NCBI GenBank assembly: GCA_026991225.1
Contig: JALXCB010000044.1
Span: 6,490 to 70,489, forward strand
From: Anaerolineae bacterium
GTDB taxonomy: Bacteria > Chloroflexota > Anaerolineae > J102
Length of the DNA stretch: 64,000 nucleotides
Direction: 5' to 3'
Below, piece after piece: positions 30,014 through 39,231 of the stretch (its first letter is position 1; the number at the start of each line of letters is the position of its first letter). Below the pieces are notes generated by a model, which worked only from the letters and a program-made list of their open reading frames with translations, had not been told where the DNA came from and ran no database searches. Position numbers and translations under genes: made by a program.

Positions 30014-30313
30014 ATGACCGAGTTCATCACGACAAATATCCGTCTTCCAGTACAATTGCATCGCGAGCTAAAACGTCGCGCGGCGGAGGAGAACAAAAGC
30101 ATGGCGCAAGTGTTGCGCGAGGCTGCGGTGCAATACATCGCGTCAGCCAAAACTTCCAATCACGAGGAGATGGAAGCAAGAGATGATGATCCTTTGTGGC
30201 TGATCGGGACTGATCCTGTGGATCTGGGGGTGACGGATGCTTCCGTGAACCACGATGTCTATCTTTATGGTCCGCTTTCGGATTCGGCCAAAGCTGAGAT
30301 CACAGAAAAATGA
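30014..30313 (+). CDS. ribbon-helix-helix-type antitoxin (VapB-like)
   Basis: NIRLPVQLHRELKRRAAEENKSMAQVLREAAVQY RHH pattern; 4-bp overlap with PIN gene. Confidence 0.55.
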   Translation: MTEFITTNIRLPVQLHRELKRRAAEENKSMAQVLREAAVQYIASAKTSNHEEMEARDDDPLWLIGTDPVDLGVTDASVNHDVYLYGPLSDSAKAEITEK

Positions 30314-30729
30314 GACCCCTTTTCGTTGATACCGCAGCCTGGTTGGCATTGGAATCTCGAAGGGATCAATACCATGATGTCGCCTTTGCGTTTGCACAAA
30401 ATCAGGCACGAGCATTTCAATGGGTCACGACGAATTGGATATTATCCGAAACCGTGACGATGCTACGCAGACGCGCCAACCATGCCATTGCCGTCCGTTT
30501 TATGGAGCGAGTGCGCGCAAGTAAACGATTGCAGATTGTACGTATTGAGCCTCCCCACGAGGAAAGAGCCTGGGTAATTTTCAAGCGTTATGCCGACAAA
30601 GACTTTGGATTTGTGGATTGCACCAGCTTTGCCGTTATGGAGACCTTTGGCATTGCCGAGGCCTTTTCGTTTGACCATCATTTCCGGCAATTTGGATTTC
30701 AAACGCTTCCCCTTCATGCGTTGAGGTAA
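30310..30729 (+). CDS. vapC: PIN-domain toxin VapC
   Basis: [23 protein letters not shown]...; stop 2 nt before the start of the MCM B12 subunit. Confidence 0.75.
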   Translation: MRPLFVDTAAWLALESRRDQYHDVAFAFAQNQARAFQWVTTNWILSETVTMLRRRANHAIAVRFMERVRASKRLQIVRIEPPHEERAWVIFKRYADKDFGFVDCTSFAVMETFGIAEAFSFDHHFRQFGFQTLPLHALR

Positions 30730-30731
30730 TC

Positions 30732-31136
30732 ATGGATAGAAAAGTACGCGTCTTAGTCGCCAAACCGGGCCTGGACGGCCACGATCGCGGGGCCAAGGTC
30801 ATCGCCCGGGCCCTGCGCGACGCGGGCTACGAAGTCATCTACACCGGCATCCGCCAGACGCCCGAGATGATCGCGGAGGCCGCGCTGCAAGAGGACGTGG
30901 ACGTGGTGGGCCTCTCCATCCTTTCGGGCGCGCACATGGCCCTGGTGCCTCGCGTTATCGAGGAGCTGCGGCGGTTGGGCATGGAGGATGTGGTCGTGCT
31001 GGTGGGCGGCATCATCCCCGATGAGGATGTGCCCGCGCTGCTGGATATGGGCGTGGCGGGCGTCTTCGGCCCCGGCACCCTCACCTCCGAGATCGTGGAA
31101 ACCATCGAGAACGCCCTCGGCCGCGAATTGGCGTAA
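30732..31136 (+). CDS. mcmB: methylmalonyl-CoA mutase B12-binding (small) subunit
   Basis: [33 protein letters not shown]; DxHxxG cobalamin-binding motif. Confidence 0.85.
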   Translation: MDRKVRVLVAKPGLDGHDRGAKVIARALRDAGYEVIYTGIRQTPEMIAEAALQEDVDVVGLSILSGAHMALVPRVIEELRRLGMEDVVVLVGGIIPDEDVPALLDMGVAGVFGPGTLTSEIVETIENALGRELA

Positions 31137-31152
31137 GGATGTTGGATGGCAG

Positions 31153-31190
31153 TCACCACTGATTACTGAACACTGAACACTGATTACTTT
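31153..31190 (+). promoter_or_regulatory. CACTGA(W)TA heptamer array immediately 5' of the meaB start codon
   Basis: CACCACTGATTACTGAACACTGAACACTGATTACTTTCA-ATG; similar arrays at 1411-1440, 2695-2726, 4048-4077, 11942-11977, 17455-17493, 48757-48800. Confidence 0.5.
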
Positions 31191-31192
31191 CA

Positions 31193-32215
31193 ATGACCCC
31201 ATCCACCGTCCCCGAACTCGTCGACGCCCTGCTCGCGGGCAACCGTCGCGCCCTGGCCCGCGTCATCTCCCATATCGAAAACAACACCGACCTGGCCCGA
31301 CCTCTCCTGGCCGCGCTCTATCCCAGGGCGGGGCGGGCGCACATCATCGGCGTCACCGGCTCTCCCGGCACGGGCAAATCCACCCTGGTCAACGTCCTGG
31401 CCGGGGTCTATCGCCAGCGCGACCTCACCGTGGGCGTCATCGCCATCGACCCCACCAGCCCCTTCAGCGGCGGCGCCCTGCTGGGCGACCGGGTGCGGAT
31501 GCGCGATCTGGCGGGGGATCCAGGCGTATTCATTCGATCCATGGCCACGCGCGGCAGTCTGGGCGGGCTGGCCCAGGCCACCGCGGACGTGATCATGGTG
31601 CTGGACGCGGCCGGCTTCGACCGCATCATCATCGAGACGGTGGGCGTGGGGCAGAGCGAAGTGGAGATCGCCAGCGCCGCCTACACCACCGTCGTGGTGG
31701 AAGCCCCCGGCCTGGGGGATGAAGTCCAGGCCATCAAGGCAGGCGTGCTGGAGATCGCGGATATCTTCGCCGTGAACAAGGCGGACCGGGAGGGCGTGGA
31801 CCGCACGGTCATGGCCCTGAAAATGATGCTCAGCCTGGGCGCGCCCGAGAAGTTCCAGGTGATGCATCATGGCCGGATGCTGCCCGTGGAGATTCCCCAG
31901 GCCCGGACGGAGTCCCATGCCTGGACGCCTCCCATCATCAAGACCATCGCCGTCTCGGGCGAAGGCGCGGTCGAACTGGCCGACGCCATCGAGAATCACC
32001 GCCTCTATCTGGAGCAGAGCGGCGGTCGGGTGTTGCGAGATCGACTGCGGGCCGCCACCGAGCTGCGCATGATTTTGCGCGATTACCTGCTGGAAAAACT
32101 CCTGGCCCGCACGCCCGAAGACGTGCTGAAACAGACCATCGACGCCGTCGCCCGCCGTGAGATCGATCCCTACACCGCGGTGCAACAGTTGGTCGATCAA
32201 GTTCGTAACTGCTAA
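31193..32215 (+). CDS. meaB: methylmalonyl-CoA mutase-associated GTPase MeaB/ArgK
   Basis: GVTGSPGTGKSTLVNVL P-loop; last three codons and stop lie inside a MITE. Confidence 0.9.
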   Translation: MTPSTVPELVDALLAGNRRALARVISHIENNTDLARPLLAALYPRAGRAHIIGVTGSPGTGKSTLVNVLAGVYRQRDLTVGVIAIDPTSPFSGGALLGDRVRMRDLAGDPGVFIRSMATRGSLGGLAQATADVIMVLDAAGFDRIIIETVGVGQSEVEIASAAYTTVVVEAPGLGDEVQAIKAGVLEIADIFAVNKADREGVDRTVMALKMMLSLGAPEKFQVMHHGRMLPVEIPQARTESHAWTPPIIKTIAVSGEGAVELADAIENHRLYLEQSGGRVLRDRLRAATELRMILRDYLLEKLLARTPEDVLKQTIDAVARREIDPYTAVQQLVDQVRNC

Positions 32216-32358
32216 GGTCGCGCCGCCGCTTTTTGCCACGAAGACACGAAGAAAACAAAGGCACGACGTATTTTTCTTTATTTTTTCCTTCGTGGCTTCG
32301 AAAAACTTCGAGCCTTCGTGGCTTCTTGTGGCCTTAAGTCGAGTACGTTAGCAGTTAC
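32205..32358. mobile_element. MITE-A copy with TSD TCAAGTTC, inserted in the last codons of meaB
   Basis: TIRs GTAACTGCTAAGGT / ACGTTAGCAGTTAC; TSD 32197-32204 = 32359-32366; meaB stop TAA lies in the TIR. Confidence 0.85.
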
Positions 32359-32393
32359 TCAAGTTCACTGAACACGGACACGGAGGATCCCCC

Positions 32394-33362
32394 ATGGCCG
32401 AAGGGCTGTATGGCGAACTCGCCGTTGTGAGCGGGTCCTGCCATCCTCAACTCGCCGAAGAGATCTGCGACTATCTGCGCATCCGGCCCACGCCCATGCG
32501 CATTCGCAAATTCCCCAACGAAAATATCTTCGTGCAGATCAAACAGAGCGTTCGGGGCAAAGACGTGTTTCTGATCCAGCCGTTGGGGCGCCCCGTGAAT
32601 GATATGGTCATGGAGTTGCTCATCGCCATCGACGCTCTCCATCGGGACAGCGCCGGGCGCATCACGGCGGTCGTGCCCTACTACGCTTATGGCCGCACTG
32701 ATAAGAAAGATCAGCCCCGCGTGCCCATCACCGCCCGTTTGCTGGCCGACCTGATCACCGTGGCCGGAGCCGACCGCTTCCTCACCATCGACCTCCACGC
32801 CGGGCAGATCCAGGGCTTCTTCACCATTCCCACCGACGAACTCACCGCCCGCTACCTGTTCATCGACTACGTGCGCATGAACAAGCTCACGAACCACGCC
32901 GTGGTCGTGGCGCCCGACGTGGGCGCGGTGCGGCGGGCCCGCAACTTCGCCCACGCCCTCAACCTGCCCCTGGCCATCATCGAAAAACGGCGCAGTCTGG
33001 ATGGCAGCAAGACGGAAATGTACAATCTCATCGGCGAGGTGGCGGGCATGACCTGTATGCTCATCGATGACGAGATCGATACGGCGGGCACGCTGACCCA
33101 GGCCGCCTATTTCATCAAGGAGGCGGGGGCCACCGACGTCATCGCCTTCGCCACCCACGCGGTCTTCTCCGACCCCGCGGCCGAGCGCCTGGGGGATGCG
33201 CCCATCGATCGTCTGGTGGTCACCAATTCCCTGCCCATCCCGCCCGAAAAACGGGAGCGCATCGGCCCTAAACTGGATATCCTCAGCGTGGGGCCGTTGC
33301 TGGGCGAGACCATCCGCCGCATCCACCTGGGCGTCAGCGTGGGCGCGATGTTTCAAGAGTGA
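32394..33362 (+). CDS. prs: ribose-phosphate pyrophosphokinase
   Basis: Prs N-terminal pattern and PRPP-binding loop DDEIDTAGT. Confidence 0.9.
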   Translation: MAEGLYGELAVVSGSCHPQLAEEICDYLRIRPTPMRIRKFPNENIFVQIKQSVRGKDVFLIQPLGRPVNDMVMELLIAIDALHRDSAGRITAVVPYYAYGRTDKKDQPRVPITARLLADLITVAGADRFLTIDLHAGQIQGFFTIPTDELTARYLFIDYVRMNKLTNHAVVVAPDVGAVRRARNFAHALNLPLAIIEKRRSLDGSKTEMYNLIGEVAGMTCMLIDDEIDTAGTLTQAAYFIKEAGATDVIAFATHAVFSDPAAERLGDAPIDRLVVTNSLPIPPEKRERIGPKLDILSVGPLLGETIRRIHLGVSVGAMFQE

Positions 33363-33400
33363 GGAATGGGATTAGGATCAGGATCAGGTTTGGGATTGCG

Positions 33401-33982
33401 ATGAGCGCACATGAGGCCCTGTTCGCCCGCATCCACATTTCGCCCGAAGCGCTGGCCCGCTCGCCCGGGCATGTGAGCGAACGTTTCGCTACGGGCGTGG
33501 CGGCCATGCAGGCCACTCTGGCCTATCTGCGTCCCCTGCCCCCGACGTTGGTGCAGCGCTGGCTGGCGCAGGAGCGTGGCCATATCGTCATCGACGCCTC
33601 GCAGCACAGGTTCGAGCCGGGATCGTGCGCTTTTCGGGGACGATGGTTGGAGGATGTGGCCTGGGTGAAGCTGGCGTTGTTGGTGGATGATCCCATCCGT
33701 TTTCTCACGCCCGTGGGCGCGCTCATCGCCCATCTCATCGGGTGGGGAGAGAGGGGCGGGCGCAGTGACCAGGCCTGGGAGGATTTTCGTCGCGGGGTGT
33801 GGTCTGGGTTCGAGGCGGGCTACGGGCGCAGTGACGCGGCCCGGTGCGATGTGGACGCCTATCTGGCTGAAGGAATCGCCTGGTATCTCGCGGATCGTCG
33901 GAATCTGAACGTCGCCAATCCCCGGCTGGAGAAGCTGCTGCGGGCCACGGTCTTCAACAACGCCTGGTATTCATCGGTTTAG
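33401..33982 (+). CDS. hypothetical protein
   Basis: ORF only; start chosen at MSAHE; no recognisable family. Confidence 0.4.
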   Translation: MSAHEALFARIHISPEALARSPGHVSERFATGVAAMQATLAYLRPLPPTLVQRWLAQERGHIVIDASQHRFEPGSCAFRGRWLEDVAWVKLALLVDDPIRFLTPVGALIAHLIGWGERGGRSDQAWEDFRRGVWSGFEAGYGRSDAARCDVDAYLAEGIAWYLADRRNLNVANPRLEKLLRATVFNNAWYSSV

Positions 33983-33992
33983 AGTCTGCTTT

Positions 33993-35435
33993 TTGACCTC
34001 CGGGAGGTGGACGAACGCCGGAGGTCTGGAGATAAACGCTTTGTCCTCCCGCCGAGCTTATCTCATCCTCTTCCTCACCGCCCTGGCCCTGCGCCTGGGC
34101 TTTCTTGCATGGAACTGGGGCGCCGCGCCCGATTGGAATATCGATGCGCTGGGGTATCATCAACTGGCAGTAAACCTGTTGCAGCGTGGGGTTTTCTCGC
34201 TGAACACCGAGCCGCCCTTCCTGCCCGACGGCATCCGCACGCCCGGCTATCCCATCTTTCTGGCCCTGATCTACGCCCTGACGGGCGTCGCGCCCCGCGT
34301 GGTTCTGATCCTCCAGGCCCTTTTGGATTCCCTGACGGTTGTGATCGTCATAGATTTGACCCGACGGCTGTCCGGTTCACGGGGGATGGCCTGGCTGGCG
34401 GGGCTGCTCTACGCGTTTCTGCCCCTGGCCTGGCGCTACGCGGCCGAGCTTTACGTGGAAAGCTTCCTGGCCTTCTGGCTCACCCTCACTTTCTGGCTGG
34501 CACTTTGGGTCGTGCAGGCGTCGGGGCGGAGGCGGATGGGAAGCGCGGCGGCGCTGGGCGCGGTCGCGGGCGTGAGCCTGCTGGTCAAGCCCAATGTGAT
34601 GCTTCTGCCCCTTTTCATCGCCGCCATCCTGCTGGCCCATCGCCTCTATCGCCAAACGCTGATCTTTGCCGCGGCCTTTGCACTTGTGCTGACGCCCTGG
34701 GTGGCGCGCAACGCCCTCGTCTTTGGTCATCCCACCCTGTCTATGGCTTTCATGAACAACCTGGCCCGGGTGAGCGCGCCCGCGACCCTGGCCCAGGCCC
34801 GGGGCGAGACCATCGCACCCTGGACCCCGCGTTGGGAGGCGTTATTCAACCAGGTGGCGGATGCCGCTGCGCGGGAAAATCCCACCCTGTTCGCTGCGCC
34901 TGAGGCGTCTCTCACGCCCCGGCAGGCATATCAACGTCAGGCCGCGCTGGCGGACGCGGCCAAAGCCGTCATCCGGGCGCATCCCCAGGCGTTTGTGGTC
35001 AGCTATCTGGCAGGGGCGTTGGGCGGCTGGACGCCTTTGGAGCAGCGATTCTGGTATGCGCGGCTCACGGGTAAGGGCTGGGAGGCTACATTCCCCGACG
35101 GTATTATCTATCACCTGATGACGCGAGGCTGGAAGCAGACGCCCGTTCTGGCCCTGGCGCTGTTCCTTTTCTTCCTGACCTGGCAGCTTGTTCGGGTGAC
35201 GATGGCCGCGTGGGGCGTCGTGCGGCTCTATCCCCGCGACCGAGCCTTTGTCATAGCCGCGGCCCTGTTCATCCTCAATGTGACAGCGTTGCCCGGGCCC
35301 ATCGCCTACGACCGCTTTCACATGCCCGTCATGCCCCTGCTGCATGTGTTCATAGCCGCGGGACTGGTGGGGTTGGCCCATCGCGCCATGATGCGGCCAA
35401 TTCCTTCCTCTCCCACGCCTGATACGCGTCCATGA
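33993..35435 (+). CDS. GT39/GT83-like integral-membrane glycosyltransferase (PMT_2/ArnT-like)
   Basis: Polytopic N-region typical of the family; true start uncertain because the annotated ATG sits in a palindromic repeat. Confidence 0.7.
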   Translation: MTSGRWTNAGGLEINALSSRRAYLILFLTALALRLGFLAWNWGAAPDWNIDALGYHQLAVNLLQRGVFSLNTEPPFLPDGIRTPGYPIFLALIYALTGVAPRVVLILQALLDSLTVVIVIDLTRRLSGSRGMAWLAGLLYAFLPLAWRYAAELYVESFLAFWLTLTFWLALWVVQASGRRRMGSAAALGAVAGVSLLVKPNVMLLPLFIAAILLAHRLYRQTLIFAAAFALVLTPWVARNALVFGHPTLSMAFMNNLARVSAPATLAQARGETIAPWTPRWEALFNQVADAAARENPTLFAAPEASLTPRQAYQRQAALADAAKAVIRAHPQAFVVSYLAGALGGWTPLEQRFWYARLTGKGWEATFPDGIIYHLMTRGWKQTPVLALALFLFFLTWQLVRVTMAAWGVVRLYPRDRAFVIAAALFILNVTALPGPIAYDRFHMPVMPLLHVFIAAGLVGLAHRAMMRPIPSSPTPDTRP

Positions 35436-36210
35436 GTCGCCGGGTGATGGGCCCGGGCGGGCCGATCTCGATATCCCCCACGCGGCGCACAGGCAGGACG
35501 CCGCGGCGCGTGGAGGTGAGAAAGGCTTCCTGCCAGCGAGGGATGTCGGCCGCGGGGAGAGGGCGGCGCTGGAAGGGGATGCTTAGATCCTGAGCCAGGG
35601 CCATCACCCGCCGCATGACCGTGCCCTCCAGCACGACGCCCAACGGCGGTGCGGCCAGCACGCCGTCCTGCACGATGAACACGTTGCAATTGGAGCCTTC
35701 GGTCACGTTGCCGTCCCGATCCACCAGCAGGGCGTCGTGCACGCCCGCGGCTTTAGCCGCCTTGCGGGCCAGACCGGGCACCAGGGTGTTGAAGGATTTG
35801 ACCAGGGGCATGGCCCGTTCGCCATGATAGAGGATGACGGGCACGCCCTGGGCGTATTCTTCGGGCGTGGGCGCGGCATAGCTCATCTCGTAGAGAAACA
35901 CGTCCGCATAACCGTTGCCCAGGTCCATGACCAGCACCCGCACCAGGCCATCGGGCGCGTTGGCCTCGACCACCTGTTGCGCCCAGGCGATCAGCTCATC
36001 CATGCCGGGCTGCAAGCGCAATTGCGCCCCCGCCACCGACTGGAACAGACGCTCCAGGTGCTCGTGCAGGGCCACATAACACCCGCTTTTCACCAGGATG
36101 GTCTCATACACGCCCAGCGCGCCCACCAATGAGGGCGTGTAAACCGGGAAACAGGCTTGCTCTTTGGAGATGATCTGGCCGTTGTGGATGACGCGTTCGT
36201 AGATGGACAT
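35350..36210 (-). CDS. class IV aminotransferase (branched-chain/D-amino acid/ADC lyase family)
   Basis: Fold-type IV PLP pattern (VDRDGNVTEGSNCNVFIV, LEGTVMRRV). Confidence 0.8.
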   Translation of the reverse strand: MSIYERVIHNGQIISKEQACFPVYTPSLVGALGVYETILVKSGCYVALHEHLERLFQSVAGAQLRLQPGMDELIAWAQQVVEANAPDGLVRVLVMDLGNGYADVFLYEMSYAAPTPEEYAQGVPVILYHGERAMPLVKSFNTLVPGLARKAAKAAGVHDALLVDRDGNVTEGSNCNVFIVQDGVLAAPPLGVVLEGTVMRRVMALAQDLSIPFQRRPLPAADIPRWQEAFLTSTRRGVLPVRRVGDIEIGPPGPITRRLMDAYQAWERKELAASWRDGPTPPVPRL

Positions 36211-36505
36211 GGTAGTATTCGGGGAGAAGGATGGGAATGGTTGCCCGCTTCGCTGGTGCGAGAAGCCGAGGACGTGACGAGTTATGCGTGATGCGGAAGT
36301 GCCTCACGGATTACGGGTGGCGGCAGTCGGTAACCCAGTAGACCAGGAAACCAGAAAACCGGGAAACCGGGCCACCTTCCTGGGCTACTGGGCTACTGGT
36401 TTCCTGGTTTACTACCTTTATTTTCAAATCAGAAAATTGCGCTCAGGCTTTGAAATCATTATACTGCTACCCGATAGAAATCTTCCAATCCCCCTCGGAG
36501 CGACC

Positions 36506-37381
36506 ATGACAAACGACCTCAAAGGCACAGGCGCAGCGCAGCGCCCCATCTGGGAAAAGTACCTGACTGATTACAACGAAGGGCTGGGGCTGGTGTATGA
36601 GCGTTTCGTGCTCAATGATTTTCTGGAGGAGCTTCGTCAGAGATTCGGCATTGAGACCGTGCTGGAAGCGCCCATCTACGGCATGGCGGGCGTGACCGGC
36701 ATCAACAGCGTCATGCTGGCCCGGCAGGGCGCCCGCGTGACCCTGGTGGATGACATCCCCGATCGGGCCGAGGCCGTGAGGCGCATCTGGGACGAGCTGG
36801 GGCTGGAACCCGACATCCACGTCATCCCGCCCGACGGCTGGGGCCAGCTTCCCTTCGCAGATAGCAGCTTCGATTTGACCTGGAATTGGGCGGCGCTGTG
36901 GTATCTGCCCGACCCCGCGGCCCTGCTGCGGGAACTGGTCCGCACCAGCCGCAAGCTCGTGTTCGTGGCCATGCCCAACAACCTGCAGGCGGGCTACTGG
37001 ATGCGTAAATACGTCCTGGACAAAGACTTCTTCGACACCGTGGACGAGCGCTGGGTGGATATCGACCGCATCCGCTGGCATTTGCGCAACGAGGGCGTGG
37101 AGATCATCGCTCAGGGCGTGCTGGACGCGCCTCCCTGGCCCGATACGGTCATGCCCGCGAACGAGGTGTTGCAGCGCTTGGGCGTCCGCAGCGAAAAGCT
37201 GGAGGATCAGTTCACGGGCGACAGTTGGGAATGGAACACGATGGCCTATTACCTGGGCGAACAACCCGACCTCTACGACCGGGTGATCAAATACGCCTGG
37301 CTGGATCACGCCCGCCTGCCCTGGCGATTGAAATCAGTGTGGGCGCATCACCGCTGGCTGTTGGGCCGGGTGGATGGATGA
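36506..37381 (+). CDS. class I SAM-dependent methyltransferase
   Basis: VLEAPIYGMAGVTGINSVMLARQGARVTLVDD Rossmann SAM motif; start MTNDLKG at 36506 (the upstream ORF part is a repeat). Confidence 0.7.
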   Translation: MTNDLKGTGAAQRPIWEKYLTDYNEGLGLVYERFVLNDFLEELRQRFGIETVLEAPIYGMAGVTGINSVMLARQGARVTLVDDIPDRAEAVRRIWDELGLEPDIHVIPPDGWGQLPFADSSFDLTWNWAALWYLPDPAALLRELVRTSRKLVFVAMPNNLQAGYWMRKYVLDKDFFDTVDERWVDIDRIRWHLRNEGVEIIAQGVLDAPPWPDTVMPANEVLQRLGVRSEKLEDQFTGDSWEWNTMAYYLGEQPDLYDRVIKYAWLDHARLPWRLKSVWAHHRWLLGRVDG

Positions 37382-37403
37382 ACGCAACAAGGAGCAATGA
37401 CCT

Positions 37404-38846
37404 ATGAGCCCATCTCGCGTCTATTCTTTTGCCGATTTCCGAGCGCGTTACCCCGATTGTGAAGAATTCATGTTGCTGAGCGATCTGCGCAGGCAGGAGT
37501 ACAAGCGGCTGGACCAGCAGGGGCACGTGTATCTGGACTATACGGGCGGGGGGCTGTATCCCGACCGACTGGTGCAGGAACATGCCGAGTTTCTGCGTCA
37601 TGTCGTGTTGGGCAATCCGCACTCCCAAAACCCGACCTCGCTGGCTTCCACCCATCTCATGCAGCAGGCTCGCGAGGACGTGCTGCGCTATTTTCGAGCG
37701 GACCCCGACGAATACACTGTCATCTTCACCGCCAACGCCAGCGCCGCGCTGAAACTGGTGGGCGAGAGCTACCCCTTCCAACCGGGCAGCCACTTCTGCC
37801 TGGTGGCGGACAATCACAACTCGGTGCAGGGCATCCGCGAATTCGCCCGCCACAAAGGCGCGCACATCACCTATGTCCCTCTCGATCCCCGCACCCTCCG
37901 TTGTCCCGATCTTCGGCCCTATCTCGAACACTGGGATGAAACCAAGCCCAACCTCTTCGCTCTGCCCGCCCAATCCAACTTCTCGGGCGTGCAGCACCCG
38001 CTGGCGGCCATCGAGCTGGCCCATGGTCTGGGGTATGACGTCATTCTCGACGCGGCCGCGTTCGTGCCAACCAACCGTCTCGACCTGAGCCAGGTCCATC
38101 CTGATTTCGTACCCATCTCCTTCTACAAAATGTTCGGGTATCCCACGGGAGTGGGCGCGCTGTTGGCTCGGCGGGAGACTCTGCGCAAACTGGTTCGACC
38201 CTGGTTCGGCGGCGGCACGGTGCGCCTCGTCTCCACCCGCGCCGACCTGCACATCCTGGCCGAGGATCACGAAGCTTTCGAGGATGGCACGCCCAACTAT
38301 CTCAGCTTTCCCGCCATCAGCATGGGCCTGCGCCTGATGGAAGAGCTGGATGTGGACCGCATCCATCGCTGGGTCATGGCGCTGACCGGCTATCTGCTGG
38401 AGGAGATGCAGGCGCTCAGGCACAGCAATGGCGCCCCCCTCGTGCGCATCTACGGCCCCACCAACACTACGTCCCGCGGAGGCACCATCGCCTTCAATCT
38501 GGTGGATCCGGAGGGCGAGTTCTTCCCCTATCAACTTGTGGAAGCCGAGGCCAATGAGCGTACCATCTCCATTCGGGCGGGGTGTTTTTGCAATCCCGGC
38601 GCGGGCGAATTCAGCCTGGATATCTCCGCCGAGGATGTGCGACGCTGTGTGAAGCAGGCCACGATGGATGGGGTTTTCGACGTGAACCTGTATCACGAGT
38701 GCCTGGGCAGCAAGCCCAGCGGCGCGGTGCGGGCCTCCCTGGGCATGGTCACCAGCTTCGAAGATATCGTCCGTTTCCTGACCTTCCTCACCTCTTATCT
38801 CGACCGCAAGGCCCCTCCCGCGCCCCGCGCAAACCCCAATTGTTAA
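37404..38846 (+). CDS. class V aminotransferase-fold PLP enzyme (MOCOS N-domain/cysteine desulfurase-like)
   Basis: YLDYTGGG...FTANASAALKLVGES...FYKMFGYPTGVGAL PLP-lysine region. Confidence 0.75.
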   Translation: MSPSRVYSFADFRARYPDCEEFMLLSDLRRQEYKRLDQQGHVYLDYTGGGLYPDRLVQEHAEFLRHVVLGNPHSQNPTSLASTHLMQQAREDVLRYFRADPDEYTVIFTANASAALKLVGESYPFQPGSHFCLVADNHNSVQGIREFARHKGAHITYVPLDPRTLRCPDLRPYLEHWDETKPNLFALPAQSNFSGVQHPLAAIELAHGLGYDVILDAAAFVPTNRLDLSQVHPDFVPISFYKMFGYPTGVGALLARRETLRKLVRPWFGGGTVRLVSTRADLHILAEDHEAFEDGTPNYLSFPAISMGLRLMEELDVDRIHRWVMALTGYLLEEMQALRHSNGAPLVRIYGPTNTTSRGGTIAFNLVDPEGEFFPYQLVEAEANERTISIRAGCFCNPGAGEFSLDISAEDVRRCVKQATMDGVFDVNLYHECLGSKPSGAVRASLGMVTSFEDIVRFLTFLTSYLDRKAPPAPRANPNC

Positions 38847-39231
38847 CGGTTTTGAAAAATAACTTCGCGTTCGTTTACACAAGCAACTCAAAGCCAACGT
38901 TGGGCGAGTCTGCTACGGGCGTCAAACGTCATACGTAAAACGTCAGGACATGACGCATGACGTTTGACGCTGACCGACTGACAAAACGTTGCCTATGCGT
39001 TTGCCGTGTCCCTTTGCCCCCTCCCCGGCCCTTATATGATAAAGCGGGGTGAGGATATATGATAACCGTGTCATATAACTCATCTCCCCCGATACTCGCT
39101 CCGTTCGTGTTCGAGAGAAGGGGACGCCCGAAGCCAGTCAGTTTTCACGAAATAAGCGCTTCTTACCGGGCGAAAACATGTCCCCTGCCCTTCGCTCCTT
39201 TTGACCTCGCTACGTTGGTAGCTACGCCTGC

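Noticed and set aside
33993-34035. Annotated ATG of the first GT39 gene inside the family-I palindrome
   Set aside because: Kept as a feature boundary only for lack of a better in-frame ATG. The true start may be an alternative codon about 30-40 nt downstream, and I could not resolve it by eye.
36284-36505. N-terminal 74 codons of the methyltransferase ORF
   Set aside because: This stretch covers a family-D repeat and family-B fragment. The real start MTNDLKG at 36506 follows the repeat.
38950-39231. Possible structured ncRNA downstream of the DUF1501 gene
   Set aside because: It contains hairpins, but most of it is explained by a family-B variant repeat. There is no covariation evidence or recognisable Rfam-like motif.
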